A DNA stretch of 64,000 bases from a virus. The notes beneath the pieces are model-generated. The model ran no database searches and was not told where the DNA came from. It was given only the letters and a program-made list of their open reading frames with translations. Below are positions 46,362 through 56,823 of the stretch, one piece after another (the first letter of the stretch is position 1; each line of letters begins with the position of its first letter). The stretch lies in IMG/VR virus record IMGVR_UViG_3300046167_000870. The stretch is one strand, 5' to 3'. The position numbers and the translations under genes are program-made.

Positions 46362-47880
46362 TTAACCGTTAACTACTTTAAAATAGTAATTTTCATCCAA
46401 CACAACAGTATTTCCATCCACCTCAGTTTGTATCAAGATACTATAATATCTTTCAGGCTCCAACCCATTCATATAAACTGTAAAATAACTACTAGTAGCA
46501 TCACAACTTATTTGAGTGTATGTTTTGTCAAAGTCAACTACAAACTCATTCGTATCTAAATCTTTAATTGCATAATACGATGAGGTAGTTAAGGCATGTT
46601 GTTTAGTATCTAGCGAACCTGTTTTAAAAGTTCTTGCTGGGAATTCTGGTCTTACATTTAATCTAAATTGATTAATACTTTCACTATAAAATACTCCTGC
46701 ATTATTATCTAAAGCACAGTATATATCTGGTGTATCAATTACATCTAATTGTTGTATATCATATGTTGATATTGTTACAGTAGCTGTTCCTGTTGCTCCT
46801 GAAACTCCATCTAATGCATTTAATGTTGTAGCATTCCAGACTAATTGATCTCCTGCTTTATATCCTAATCCTAAATCTTTAATAAATACATTTAACATTG
46901 AAGAACTATTAAAAGTAGCTCCAAATGTAGCTCCATTTCCATTTCCATTATTTGAATCAGGTGCTGGTAGGGATTGTGTATAAGAACAAGAGATTGAACT
47001 CGTGAGATTTGTTGGATATGAACCTGTTAATATTCTTCCTTGTTTAAAATCACCACTACTAGTAGCATAGGTATAATCTATCCATTTAAATTCTAATTGT
47101 GGAGGGATATATTGTGTTAGTATCAACTGAGTAGAAACTTAGTTGTGGTGATACTGCACTTTCGGTAACAAATTCCTGAGCGTCAGCCCATTTAATAATA
47201 AACCCATCATTTGGTTTACTAACTAAACCTGCTATATTAACAGCTCCTGATGATGAATACCACATTGTAACCATATCAGAAACTTCTACATTTAAATCTT
47301 TATCTGATCTTAAAGTATATTGTTGTGAAGCGGTAATATTTAAAGGTGTTCCTGCTCTTACAAATCCAGCTGAACCTGTATACCATGATCCACCTGACCC
47401 TGTTGCTAATGCTTTTGAATTACTCCAATTCTTATCAAAAGATCCAGTTGATAAAGGTGACCAACCACCTGCTGGCCAGACATCTGCTGAACCTGAATAG
47501 TCTTCATATTTCCAACTTACACCTGTTCCATTAATAAGTTTATCTAAATATTGTCCTGAACCATTATTCCAAGAAGATGATATTGGGTAAACTTCTACTG
47601 ATGAATCTATAATTACATTTGTTGCTTTTGCTACATATAATCTTAAATGTGCATCCCATGTACCCCAAGCAGAGCTTCCTGTTACTTGAGCAATATTTTC
47701 TAGTAAATTATTTATTTCACCCTGATCAAATTTTACTAAGGATCTAGCCACTTGAGCAACTGGATTTCTATTTGTTACCAAGTTAGCTACATCTAAGATA
47801 GCATCTAAACCTGTATTCATTGCTGAGTAAGCACTGTATATCGAGGCATCTTTTTCGGGAAATAATTTATATACTGCCAT
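46362..47880 (-). CDS. Virion structural protein (DNRLRE-like N-terminus), about 505 aa, +1 frameshift at 47104-47106
   Basis: KDASIYS...NTGLD...RSLVKFD; correction restores TNTIYPPQLEFKW. Confidence 0.65.
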
Positions 47881-47882
47881 GA

Positions 47883-49727
47883 TTAAAATAGATTTACTAC
47901 TCTACCTTTAATATCAGTATTCGGATATTTTAACTCAAATATACTAGGATCTAATGAAGGGAATATTGTGCCATTTTGGTTAGCAGCATTCATATCATAA
48001 GCCCATTGTGAGTATCCTTGTGAAGTACCGGTTTTATTGGTAAAATTAATTTGTTTTACTGTTTGTACACCATCAATTGCATCTAATAATACAAATAAAT
48101 CTGGTGTTATAATTGGTTGATTAATTTGCCATCTATCTAATACAAAATAATTTTGTAATGCTACAAAACATCTTTGTAATACTTGATTATTATTATAATT
48201 AGGATAGGTTATTATTTCAAAATCAATAGCAAAATTAATGACAAATGCATCTTTAATACTAATAGTATCTCCAATCATTCTATATTCATTAATATAATTT
48301 TTTAAGTTAGTTTTTAATGTTCTTGAAGCAGTAGTTAATTTGTTATCATTATTCATAGATAACACATATATATCTAAAGTAGTATTTGCTTCATCTGCAT
48401 TAGGTTTTTGTGTAAATGCTTTTGCAATGGTACCAAATTTAGAAGGCATACTTAATGCTCTAACTAAATAATCATCTTGAGTTACGTTTCTTAACTGAGT
48501 TGAAAACTGAGATATTGAATTATTTCTTATTTCTTCAATTGTATCTCCATCTTGACCTCCACTTGCAGCTAAAGGATTATTTGAAGCTACTGAATCAAAT
48601 ACATACTGAGAAGTAGTTGGATTAAGTCCTCCTTTTAAAAATTGTACTGTTGATTTATTTACATTAGTTAATGTATTTGCTAATATATTTGATTTAACAC
48701 CCCCACCTGTTAAATATCTTACAGTTAATGTAGTATTAGTAGGTGTGTTTCCATATGTGCTTGTAAATATAAAATTAGTTGGACTATAAGCTGTTGTTAA
48801 TTTATTTTGTCCAAATGGTAATCCTAAACCTACATTAAATGGATTTGGAATTACTTCTTCAGTTGTTGTAGCAGGCGAACCAGCTCCAAATTGAATTTGT
48901 AATAATGTATTTGATAAAAATCTAGTTGCAAATCTATTTTGTACTGATTTTGTTTGTAATAAATAAGGTGTATCTGAGTCTGTATATGTGTTAGGATCAT
49001 TTGTATTAGTATTTTTAATACCATCAAAAACTAGATCCTGTCCTAAATAATCTACTTCATACCAAACATTTCCATCAGCATCTACTATATCTATAATTCC
49101 AGCTATATTAGCATCATTAATTGTTACTGTTGAAAATTCTCTAGGGGCACCAAATGAAAACTCTGTTGATTTAATTGTACCTGAGTAGGCATTAGCTGTT
49201 TTCTTTAATAAATAATAATCAGGAACCCCACTTGTAATTTGGGCTACAGAAACAGTTGTTGGATTATCCGAACTTGATACTGTGAAATCAATTGGGTCCT
49301 CAGTTGTAAATGTTTGAGGGTCTCCTGATGTAGTATTTGTTTGTGTATTGGCGTTAAAATATAATGCATAATCATAATCTGGTTCTGCTATATTATTAAC
49401 TAATTTTCTAGGTACTTGTTGATAAAAGTCAACTCTTACAGTTGCTAAACCTGTTGATTTAGGTTTGTACCCATACATATACGCTAAGTCATATAAATTA
49501 CTTGGTTGTCTTGCGTATTGTAAATAATTTTCTTGTATTTGATTATCTAAATAAAATGATAAAACATCTCCTACATAAGCAGCTTGTTCCATAAACATCA
49601 TACCTGGAGATGTTGGAGTAAAGTCTGTATATGTTGTAGGGAAATAAGTTTGAGAATAGTTAATCAATTGATTTCTATACTCAGAAAAATCCTTATTTAT
49701 ATAATTTATTGTTCTATTAACTGCCAT
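47883..49727 (-). CDS. Baseplate wedge subunit (T4 gp6/BppJ-like)
   Basis: YINKDF...TDF...SPGMM...AYVGDVLSFYLD; IQFG; Y..GGG..SN; ASGG.D; QLRNVTQDDY. Confidence 0.9.
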   Translation of the reverse strand: MAVNRTINYINKDFSEYRNQLINYSQTYFPTTYTDFTPTSPGMMFMEQAAYVGDVLSFYLDNQIQENYLQYARQPSNLYDLAYMYGYKPKSTGLATVRVDFYQQVPRKLVNNIAEPDYDYALYFNANTQTNTTSGDPQTFTTEDPIDFTVSSSDNPTTVSVAQITSGVPDYYLLKKTANAYSGTIKSTEFSFGAPREFSTVTINDANIAGIIDIVDADGNVWYEVDYLGQDLVFDGIKNTNTNDPNTYTDSDTPYLLQTKSVQNRFATRFLSNTLLQIQFGAGSPATTTEEVIPNPFNVGLGLPFGQNKLTTAYSPTNFIFTSTYGNTPTNTTLTVRYLTGGGVKSNILANTLTNVNKSTVQFLKGGLNPTTSQYVFDSVASNNPLAASGGQDGDTIEEIRNNSISQFSTQLRNVTQDDYLVRALSMPSKFGTIAKAFTQKPNADEANTTLDIYVLSMNNDNKLTTASRTLKTNLKNYINEYRMIGDTISIKDAFVINFAIDFEIITYPNYNNNQVLQRCFVALQNYFVLDRWQINQPIITPDLFVLLDAIDGVQTVKQINFTNKTGTSQGYSQWAYDMNAANQNGTIFPSLDPSIFELKYPNTDIKGRVVNLF

Positions 49728-50143
49728 TATGCAAAGTTTAATGTTAATTCATCTGTAATTCCAGTATTCCTAACTGAATAATATATCTCTACTGTTATAT
49801 TATTGTTATCCGTGTTTTCTGGCCCACCATCTACATTTAATTCATTTAAAATTACATTTGGAAATTCAGTTGATAATTTACTTTGAATATCTTCTATTAA
49901 ATAATCTATATTACTTGTTGAAATCTGACTAAAAATAAATCTTCTTAAACCACCTCCAAATGAAGGGTTACCTGGTCTTTCACCTGGGTTTGTTAAGAAA
50001 TAATTAATTAAATTACTTTTAATCGATTCTGCTGTGGTATAATTAGGAGTAAATACCCCACCTTGTGAAAAAGGTATATCTACACCAATACCTACTCTAG
50101 GTCTAGTGTCATTAGGGAATCTATTTACTGCTCCAAATGCCAT
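49727..50143 (-). CDS. Baseplate wedge/sheath initiator (gp25-like)
   Basis: IKSNLINYFLTNPGERPGNPSFGGGLRRFIF. Confidence 0.9.
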   Translation of the reverse strand: MAFGAVNRFPNDTRPRVGIGVDIPFSQGGVFTPNYTTAESIKSNLINYFLTNPGERPGNPSFGGGLRRFIFSQISTSNIDYLIEDIQSKLSTEFPNVILNELNVDGGPENTDNNNITVEIYYSVRNTGITDELTLNFA

Positions 50144-50145
50144 TT

Positions 50146-50493
50146 TTATCCTTTACTATTCATTAATCCCATAATTTGATCCATACTAACATTTCCATTT
50201 GGTAGACTACCATTTGGTGATGTTGTATCTCCTCCTGTTACTTGTAATGGAACATCTGCTGATGTTGCATTTAATGTACCATTAGCTCCAGGTCTCATTC
50301 CATCTAAAACACTCATCATGTTTTCTCTTAACTTTAACTTATCAGTTTCAGGAAGTGGTTTACTTTCTGCTACTGGGGCTGCTACTACTTGTTTGGGAGT
50401 TTTAATAGCTTCTAGTAAAATATCCTTCATTTCTTCTTGAATAGCTTCTTTTACTGCTTGTTTTACTATGCTTTTTAATTGATTTAATTTCAT
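50146..50493 (-). CDS. Hypothetical late protein
   Basis: MKLNQLKSIVKQAVKEAIQEE; late motif at 50512-50521. Confidence 0.7.
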   Translation of the reverse strand: MKLNQLKSIVKQAVKEAIQEEMKDILLEAIKTPKQVVAAPVAESKPLPETDKLKLRENMMSVLDGMRPGANGTLNATSADVPLQVTGGDTTSPNGSLPNGNVSMDQIMGLMNSKG

Positions 50494-50525
50494 GTTAAAA
50501 ATATTAATTTATTATAAATATTGGG

Positions 50526-52046
50526 TTAATCTGCTTTTAAATTATTTTGTACTATATAAAATGCTAACTCGTCAATTAATATTTGATCTGCTGCACTAAA
50601 TGATGGTTCTCCTTTTAAGATCACAACCCCTTGTGAATTTGTTGCGGTTGCATATCTTCTATAATATCCATCTATTTCTTCTCTAGTATCTTCAACTACC
50701 GCCATTGTAAACCCATTTACTATTTTTAATGGTGGTGTTCCTTGTTCTGTATTTTCTTTTTGTAAATCTAATAATTCTTCATTAATTTCTACCATATCTA
50801 AGTCACTAGGAATAGAACATTTAAGTATTAATGCATCAATTTTCTTAAGATACCTTAATATTATTATTAGTGAAATTATTAAAAATATTAACGATATCAA
50901 AAGAGCTTTTCTAAGGTCTTTATTTATGTTAGCTAACATCTCAAATTTTTCTTTTATATCTTCTAATAATGCAACTAAACTATAAGGTACACCAACTCCA
51001 GGAGGTACAGCTACAGGAAAACCAAGTGAACTAATTTGTATTTTACCTGATTTAAATAAACTAGTTAAATATAAAAATATACCTGCTAAAACTGTGTTTG
51101 CTATTATTACAATCCATATTTGGTTTATTTGTCTTACAATAGAATTTCTTCTTTTAATAGCCATTCTTAGTAATTCATCACTTGGACATCTACCTTCAGC
51201 TACTTCGGCTCTTACATTTGCTGCTGCTACTTTTGTTATACCAAATATAATCATTAACCCTATAGCTAATGGAAATAATTTATTTTGAACTACGGATGCA
51301 AATTTTAATACTTGTTCTTTAATAGCTAATAATGCTGCTTCTACTGCACTTAATGCTGCTTTACTTACTGCTGCTATGGCTGCATTTGCTTCTGCTTTTA
51401 ATCTATTTATAGCCTCTTCTGATGCATCATCTATATTAATTAAAGCTTTAATAGGTAATTCTTGTAACACTTCATTATTACCTGTAACTAAAGTTTGAAA
51501 ATCTGGTGCATATTCTGGGCTTTCATATAATACAATAGGTTTTACTAAAATTGTATCACCTAATTTAGGTAAAGTAGGAACACCAAATCTAATATCATAT
51601 TCACCTTCTTCATTAGTTTTAATAGTAGGTGGGGTTGCTTTATCATCCCAAACATATTCTTTATATGTTTCCTCAATTTTTATTTTTTTAACTTTACCTG
51701 TTAATTTGTTTTTTTCACCACTAGGATCATCTATTTTTACTTTTCTGGTTTTAGTTTCTAATACCATAGGAAGTAAAGCTAGCATAGGTTTTACTTCAAT
51801 TCCAACTGCTGGTTCGTTGGTTGCTTTATTATATAACCTACCTTTAGTAGAAAATGTTTTTATTACTGGGGTGTTATCGTCTATTAATTTTCTTACTTGT
51901 TTAGCATCATCAAGAAAAGCAACTACATCTACTACACCACTAGCTACTGCTAATTTTTCTAGTATAGCTTTACCTGCAGGAGATAATAAAAATTGTTTTC
52001 CTGCTGCTATTAAGGTGTCTTTAAGATTTTGTTTTTCTTCTGCCAT
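50526..52046 (-). CDS. Hypothetical protein with about 3 hydrophobic segments, baseplate hub region
   Basis: Hydrophobic stretches LFPLAIGLMIIFGI, IWIVIIANTVLAGIFLYL and LLISLIFLIISLIIIL. Confidence 0.65.
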   Translation of the reverse strand: MAEEKQNLKDTLIAAGKQFLLSPAGKAILEKLAVASGVVDVVAFLDDAKQVRKLIDDNTPVIKTFSTKGRLYNKATNEPAVGIEVKPMLALLPMVLETKTRKVKIDDPSGEKNKLTGKVKKIKIEETYKEYVWDDKATPPTIKTNEEGEYDIRFGVPTLPKLGDTILVKPIVLYESPEYAPDFQTLVTGNNEVLQELPIKALINIDDASEEAINRLKAEANAAIAAVSKAALSAVEAALLAIKEQVLKFASVVQNKLFPLAIGLMIIFGITKVAAANVRAEVAEGRCPSDELLRMAIKRRNSIVRQINQIWIVIIANTVLAGIFLYLTSLFKSGKIQISSLGFPVAVPPGVGVPYSLVALLEDIKEKFEMLANINKDLRKALLISLIFLIISLIIILRYLKKIDALILKCSIPSDLDMVEINEELLDLQKENTEQGTPPLKIVNGFTMAVVEDTREEIDGYYRRYATATNSQGVVILKGEPSFSAADQILIDELAFYIVQNNLKAD

Positions 52047-53362
52047 TATGATGTTTTTACTCTTTGAGATTTAAAGGAATTAATCATATCTTTTATAGGA
52101 CGAATAACATCAATTGACATACGAGCTACAGCACCTGCAGCTGGGACTTGTGGTTCATCTTTTAAGGCAACACATAAATTATCTAAGGTTTGTAATATTG
52201 CTTCAAATTGAAGTAAAAATTTATCCCCTAATATAACAGATTCAGATGCATTTTGTTTACCTAAACTAACTATACCATTGGGAGCTAAAATATTTGTGTT
52301 TTTTGCTTGTGATTTAATAGCTAAATCTTCTATAGATTCTAATACTATAGATTTTTTAGATGAGAATAATATATTATCTGCTGTAGTATTAAATAATAAT
52401 CTACCTGAGTTTAGAATTACTTGGGGTGCATTATATGCCTTAGGTGATATTGGTGTTTTTTTAATGGTATTTGAAAAAGGTACTGTTGAACCTTCTCCTT
52501 CAATTTTATCTTTATTTACAGAAACAGCAACTTCAATTGGAATTTGTTGAGTTGAAGTTAAATACATCGATGCTAAATCTTTGTTAACATCTTCAGTTAT
52601 AGGTATCCACCCTTCATCACTAACGTCTTCAGGTTGACCATTTCTTATAATTGAAATAGGGCTACCATCTTTACCTGAATTAGACCAATTATTTTTTACT
52701 TCACCTGCTACTTTAGATGTATTTCCTAATCTAATACTATTACCAAATCTACCTTCTACAATAACATCTCCTGCAAATGGTAATACTGGATGTATGTTTG
52801 ATTGTTCTTCAAATGTTCCACCACTAAGACCATTTAAATCTATAGGTGTAACTTGTTGGGTTGTTCTATTTACATTACCAGCTTCAATTTCTGCATATGA
52901 TTTATTATTTGAAGGTGATGTTGCTCCACTATTATCAGAATATATATCTGGGTATGGATTGCAATTTGGGGCATTCCATAATGAAATAGGGTTTAGATAA
53001 TAATAAGAAGCCTTAGTTGTTGCTTGTGAAGCGTTAGTATTAGGCAATTTAAATAATAATACTATTTCATTTATTAATGGATAGTTTTTTATGTTTGGAA
53101 GTAATGGTTTTGCATAGTTAGTAACTGTATCCCTAGTACTATTATCTTGTTTTGTAGGGGTTCCAATTAATTGAAATTTTATAGTACCAATAGCTCCCCA
53201 TTCACCTACTTCACTCCACATAGCAGAATTTGAGTTAAGAGAAATATCTACAACCCTAGCGGATTGTATTCTATCTTTTATCTCATCTACACCAGCAGTA
53301 TCATTCCTACTACTAAAAGAGGTGATCCCACTAAATAGTGAAGTAATCGGATTATTAGCCAT
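52046..53362 (-). CDS. Baseplate central spike/hub protein (gp5/gpV-like)
   Basis: OB-fold-like AKPL...YPLINEIV, GDVIVEGRFGNSIRLG, beta-helix-like C-terminus, ILGD; adjacent to gp25. Confidence 0.65.
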   Translation of the reverse strand: MANNPITSLFSGITSFSSRNDTAGVDEIKDRIQSARVVDISLNSNSAMWSEVGEWGAIGTIKFQLIGTPTKQDNSTRDTVTNYAKPLLPNIKNYPLINEIVLLFKLPNTNASQATTKASYYYLNPISLWNAPNCNPYPDIYSDNSGATSPSNNKSYAEIEAGNVNRTTQQVTPIDLNGLSGGTFEEQSNIHPVLPFAGDVIVEGRFGNSIRLGNTSKVAGEVKNNWSNSGKDGSPISIIRNGQPEDVSDEGWIPITEDVNKDLASMYLTSTQQIPIEVAVSVNKDKIEGEGSTVPFSNTIKKTPISPKAYNAPQVILNSGRLLFNTTADNILFSSKKSIVLESIEDLAIKSQAKNTNILAPNGIVSLGKQNASESVILGDKFLLQFEAILQTLDNLCVALKDEPQVPAAGAVARMSIDVIRPIKDMINSFKSQRVKTS

Positions 53363-53715
53363 TATTCTTCTTTTTTGTCTGGAAAGTCAGCGTTTAATTT
53401 ATCTAATTCAGCTAGTAATTCATCTTTTTCTGCTTCAGATATACCTAATGAATCTTCATTATTAGAATTATTTACTACACGTTGTATAATTGTAGCCATT
53501 TTAATTAATTGCTCATCATTTCTAACGCCAATTTCTAAATATTCTTTAATAAGAGGTACAATTAAAGTTGCGTCACCTATGTCTGATATTAGGGGTTTTA
53601 ACTCAGAAATTAATCCAGATATTTGTTGTTTTTTTTCTGTTTGGTTGTCATAAATCTCACTTAAAATATCTGAGAATTTTTTCTTACCAAATACTATGTT
53701 ATCTAATGCTCCCAT
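53362..53715 (-). CDS. Hypothetical protein
   Basis: Helical 117-aa ORF; late motif at 53726-53735. Confidence 0.7.
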   Translation of the reverse strand: MGALDNIVFGKKKFSDILSEIYDNQTEKKQQISGLISELKPLISDIGDATLIVPLIKEYLEIGVRNDEQLIKMATIIQRVVNNSNNEDSLGISEAEKDELLAELDKLNADFPDKKEE

Positions 53716-53751
53716 AATGTTTTTATTATAAATATGGATATAGGATAAGTG

Positions 53752-54459
53752 TTAAAACTTACACCAACCGTTTTCTAAAAAGAAAACATATTGAGATTTA
53801 AATATATCGTGGAGTTTATCTGCTATTTTTGTTATTTTAGGTGTTTTAACATCAACCATCTCACGAATATAGATGTAAAGAGCTTTTTTGTTAAATACCT
53901 CTATCGTTTCCCTTTTCCTAAATAGTTCTAAAATGGCATCTGCTATTTGAGCGTCATTTTTCTTAGGAAATAATTCAAATATATTTTCTGTAGTATATTC
54001 TAAAAATAATTCTATATATTCGCTTAATTCGTCTTTTTCTTTAGCATAATCTCCTTGCTCATAAGTGTAGGTTGAGTTATCTTTTGTTAAATAATCAACA
54101 TCTACTTTTTTAATTTTTTTACTATAATTTTTAGTATTATATAAGATTAACCAACGCTTAACAATAGTACCGAAATAAGAATAGGCTTTGGCCCCTCTAG
54201 TTGGGTCAAATAAATGAATTTTTGATAACAAAAAGGTTATTATTTCATGTTGTAAGTGCTCTAAATTACTAACCTCTGTATGGTAGAATTTAAATGTATG
54301 AATAATATTTTCTGTTAATTTAAAGAAAGGATAATGAATTTCCTTTGCATAAATATCACTACGCATTTTCGGATCTGGAGTGTTATTGTACAACACTATA
54401 GCGTTTTCCGTATCTTGAGTAAAATAATTTTTACTCTTTTTTCGTCTTTTTCTTACCAT
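53752..54459 (-). CDS. Late-transcription sigma factor (T4 gp55-like)
   Basis: N-terminal NYF and sigma region-2-like KIHLFDPTRGAKAYSYFGTIVKR. Confidence 0.65.
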   Translation of the reverse strand: MVRKRRKKSKNYFTQDTENAIVLYNNTPDPKMRSDIYAKEIHYPFFKLTENIIHTFKFYHTEVSNLEHLQHEIITFLLSKIHLFDPTRGAKAYSYFGTIVKRWLILYNTKNYSKKIKKVDVDYLTKDNSTYTYEQGDYAKEKDELSEYIELFLEYTTENIFELFPKKNDAQIADAILELFRKRETIEVFNKKALYIYIREMVDVKTPKITKIADKLHDIFKSQYVFFLENGWCKF

Positions 54460-54728
54460 TAGTTGATTTTAAACCTTGATATACCATCTTGTATTACCTT
54501 TATTTGATTAAAAAACCAACCAATCTCATCATCACTTTTAAATAATCCTTTTTCGTCTACTTTTTTAAGACGTTCATCCGCAATGTCAATTTGTTTGTTA
54601 AATTCTTTTATATATTCATCATACTGCAAAATAATATCTTCTTGTTTTTCAATTTTACGTAATAAATTCCACGTAGTATATGATAAAACAACCGTTAAAA
54701 TACTTAATATTATTATTGCTATTTCCAT
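54459..54728 (-). CDS. Small membrane-anchored coiled-coil protein
   Basis: N-terminal TM helix; FKSDDEIGWFF. Confidence 0.7.
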   Translation of the reverse strand: MEIAIIILSILTVVLSYTTWNLLRKIEKQEDIILQYDEYIKEFNKQIDIADERLKKVDEKGLFKSDDEIGWFFNQIKVIQDGISRFKIN

Positions 54729-54732
54729 AAAA

Positions 54733-55504
54733 TTATAAATTATCTAACATACTCTTTAACCCTGGGCTCGAAATTGTATTAAGTGCTTTGGATTTGGTAC
54801 TCTTATTTGACGACAATGTATAATTCTTCTTTGGCGTAGCCACGCTATCTTTAGAAAACTTTGGGAGCCATTCAATTTCAAACTCAATACGTGCAGCCAT
54901 CATATCAGCTTGGTGTAATATAAATGGTAAAGATGTACGAGGTTTAGTTTCTGGCATGAATGATTTTAAATATTTTTCATTAGCAGGATCATATAAACCA
55001 TCATGTGTCTGAATGGCTAACATTTCATTAAATGTATATTTGATATCATGTGATTGTAGTAAAAATAATCCACGATCTGGGAACAGCAGCAAATGCAATC
55101 TTCTTGTTGTGCATATATTCTTCCCCTAATTTATCTCGTCTCCATTGATCAGTTTGAGGGATATAAGATTCATTTTCTTCATCACCCATTTTACCTAAAT
55201 CATGATTAATAGCCGAAAATACTAATTCTTCTTGTGTGAATGTAGTCATATCACAACCAAAACCTTCCCACACAGCAGACATTGATAATGCTGCTTTAAC
55301 TACTCGGTTAACATGGTCAACATATCCACCTGGAAATGCTGAGTGGTATTCTTTTTTATGTGATGCGGGCATTAAAATAATACGGTCTTCGTATTTTTTA
55401 TAGAAATTAAGTAATTTCTGTTTACGGTCACCCGTAATATATGTTTCGATGTTGGTATTAAATTCTACCCAATTTGCTTGAATTTGTTCGGCTGTTAGCT
55501 TCAT
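54733..55504 (-). CDS. HD-domain phosphohydrolase (YhaM-like), about 256 aa, +1 frameshift at 55079-55081
   Basis: PAS...YHSAFPGGYVDH, NHDLGK, AIQTHDG, LHQAD. Confidence 0.85.
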
Positions 55505-55597
55505 AACTTTTATTATTTATTTTAATTATAACGTTTAATCCCTTTATCCCCTGGTGCCTTTGTTTCAATTCCCATTTTTTCCAAAAACCCTGTATCT

Positions 55598-55628
55598 CCA
55601 AGGTAATGGAGCTCTTTTAGATAGGCAC
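55598..55628 (-). promoter_or_regulatory. Possible early-type promoter GTGC-N17-ATTACCTTGG
   Basis: The -7 box is close to TAnnTTTG; the -33 box is degenerate. Confidence 0.35.
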
Positions 55629-56069
55629 GGAATTTTCAATATCTCTTTTAAATGTTTTTATTTTTAATAACTTTGCACATCTTTCATATTGTTCAACATG
55701 CGGTTTTTGAAAATATTCTATAGCCTGATCTAATGATTGCATAAATGGTTTTGTTTTAAAATCCATTATAGCTTCTAAATGATTTCTATCCTCTAAATCT
55801 ATCTTTGATATATAAAACCAAGCTCTATTAAATACAGTATACTCAGAGGCGCGTCTAGCTTCTTCAACATCATAATCAGGTTTTTCAGCTTTTAAAAATT
55901 TCTCTAATTTTAAGTGAAAAACATTATGATTAATGATGAGTTTAGTAAACATTCCAATTTTAGTAAATGGTTCTTCTAATAAAGAATTACTCATACTTAC
56001 TAATTGTTTCCCATCTCCTGGTTCTTCAGGTTGTTCAAACATTGAAAATACTTTATCTTTATCTATCAT
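55617..56069 (-). CDS. Hypothetical protein with C-terminal UVR-like motif
   Basis: AIEYF...EQYERCAKL. Confidence 0.65.
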   Translation of the reverse strand: MIDKDKVFSMFEQPEEPGDGKQLVSMSNSLLEEPFTKIGMFTKLIINHNVFHLKLEKFLKAEKPDYDVEEARRASEYTVFNRAWFYISKIDLEDRNHLEAIMDFKTKPFMQSLDQAIEYFQKPHVEQYERCAKLLKIKTFKRDIENSVPI

Positions 56070-56410
56070 CTTTTTCCTCCATGGTATGCAACAGCATGAC
56101 CTTCAGTAATTAATAAATCATTTAGGTTTTGATCACCGAAAAATATATTTCCTAAACATCTTCCGTATTTACCAACACCTTGTGAGTGTAATATAAAAAC
56201 ATTGTTATGCTTTTCAAACATATCCACAACAAAATCTTTAGCAGCTAATCCTCTAGCTTTTTCCTCTAAATCTCTTGTTCTTGATTCTGGTGTGTTAATA
56301 CCAACTAATCTTATTCTAATGAACTTCCAGGTATCAAACCCTAAATCTACCGTAGCATCAACAGTATCACCGTCAACTACTCTATCTAATTTTGCGTTGT
56401 AAATATACAT
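56066..56410 (-). CDS. Thermonuclease (SNase-like)
   Basis: RVVDGDT, RIRLVGINTPES, GKYGRCLG, LITEGHA. Confidence 0.9.
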   Translation of the reverse strand: MYIYNAKLDRVVDGDTVDATVDLGFDTWKFIRIRLVGINTPESRTRDLEEKARGLAAKDFVVDMFEKHNNVFILHSQGVGKYGRCLGNIFFGDQNLNDLLITEGHAVAYHGGKR

Positions 56411-56434
56411 AATCTATTTTGATTATACATATTG

Positions 56435-56629
56435 TTACTCCAGCTCCTGATCCCTAAGTTTTTGGATATATTGAGCTTTTTGTTTTTGTTTACGTTTAAT
56501 TTCACTAGGTTTTACGAATTCCTTACGTTTCCTAATTTCCTTAAGCGTACCCACATCCCTAAACTTTCTTTTTAGTTTTTTTAGAGCTTGCTCTATTTTT
56601 TGTCCTTTTTTTACTTTAACTATTAGCAT
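56435..56629 (-). CDS. rpsU: Ribosomal protein bS21 (phage-encoded, Bacteroidota-type)
   Basis: IEQALKKLKRK...G.LKEIRKRKEFVKPS..KR...KAQY; 64 aa, basic. Confidence 0.92.
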   Translation of the reverse strand: MLIVKVKKGQKIEQALKKLKRKFRDVGTLKEIRKRKEFVKPSEIKRKQKQKAQYIQKLRDQELE

Positions 56630-56816
56630 CTAATTCTTTTAAATCACCTTCTATCTTAGCTTTTATTGCTTCCAATTTAGCATATTCCTCAACAACATTT
56701 TCTTGTTTTGGGTTTGCGGGGTGGAATCTCCAATAATCATCCATTATTGTTGATACTGCTACTAAATCGTTAATTGCTTCGATTTTAGGATCTGGTTTTT
56801 GTGTATTTTCACTCAT
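56616..56816 (-). CDS. Hypothetical protein
   Basis: 66 aa, YWRFHPANP. Confidence 0.7.
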   Translation of the reverse strand: MSENTQKPDPKIEAINDLVAVSTIMDDYWRFHPANPKQENVVEEYAKLEAIKAKIEGDLKELDANS

Positions 56817-56823
56817 AATCTAT

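Noticed and set aside
55562-55573. GTTTCAATTCCC resembles the start of a CRISPR repeat
   Set aside because: Single copy, no spacers and no cas operon; the Cas4-like gene is a typical phage exonuclease.
56630-56651. AAGGTG upstream of bS21 as a Shine-Dalgarno, as in flavobacterial rpsU autoregulation
   Set aside because: It is 15 nt from the ATG and is explained by Glu-Gly-Asp codons of the upstream gene.
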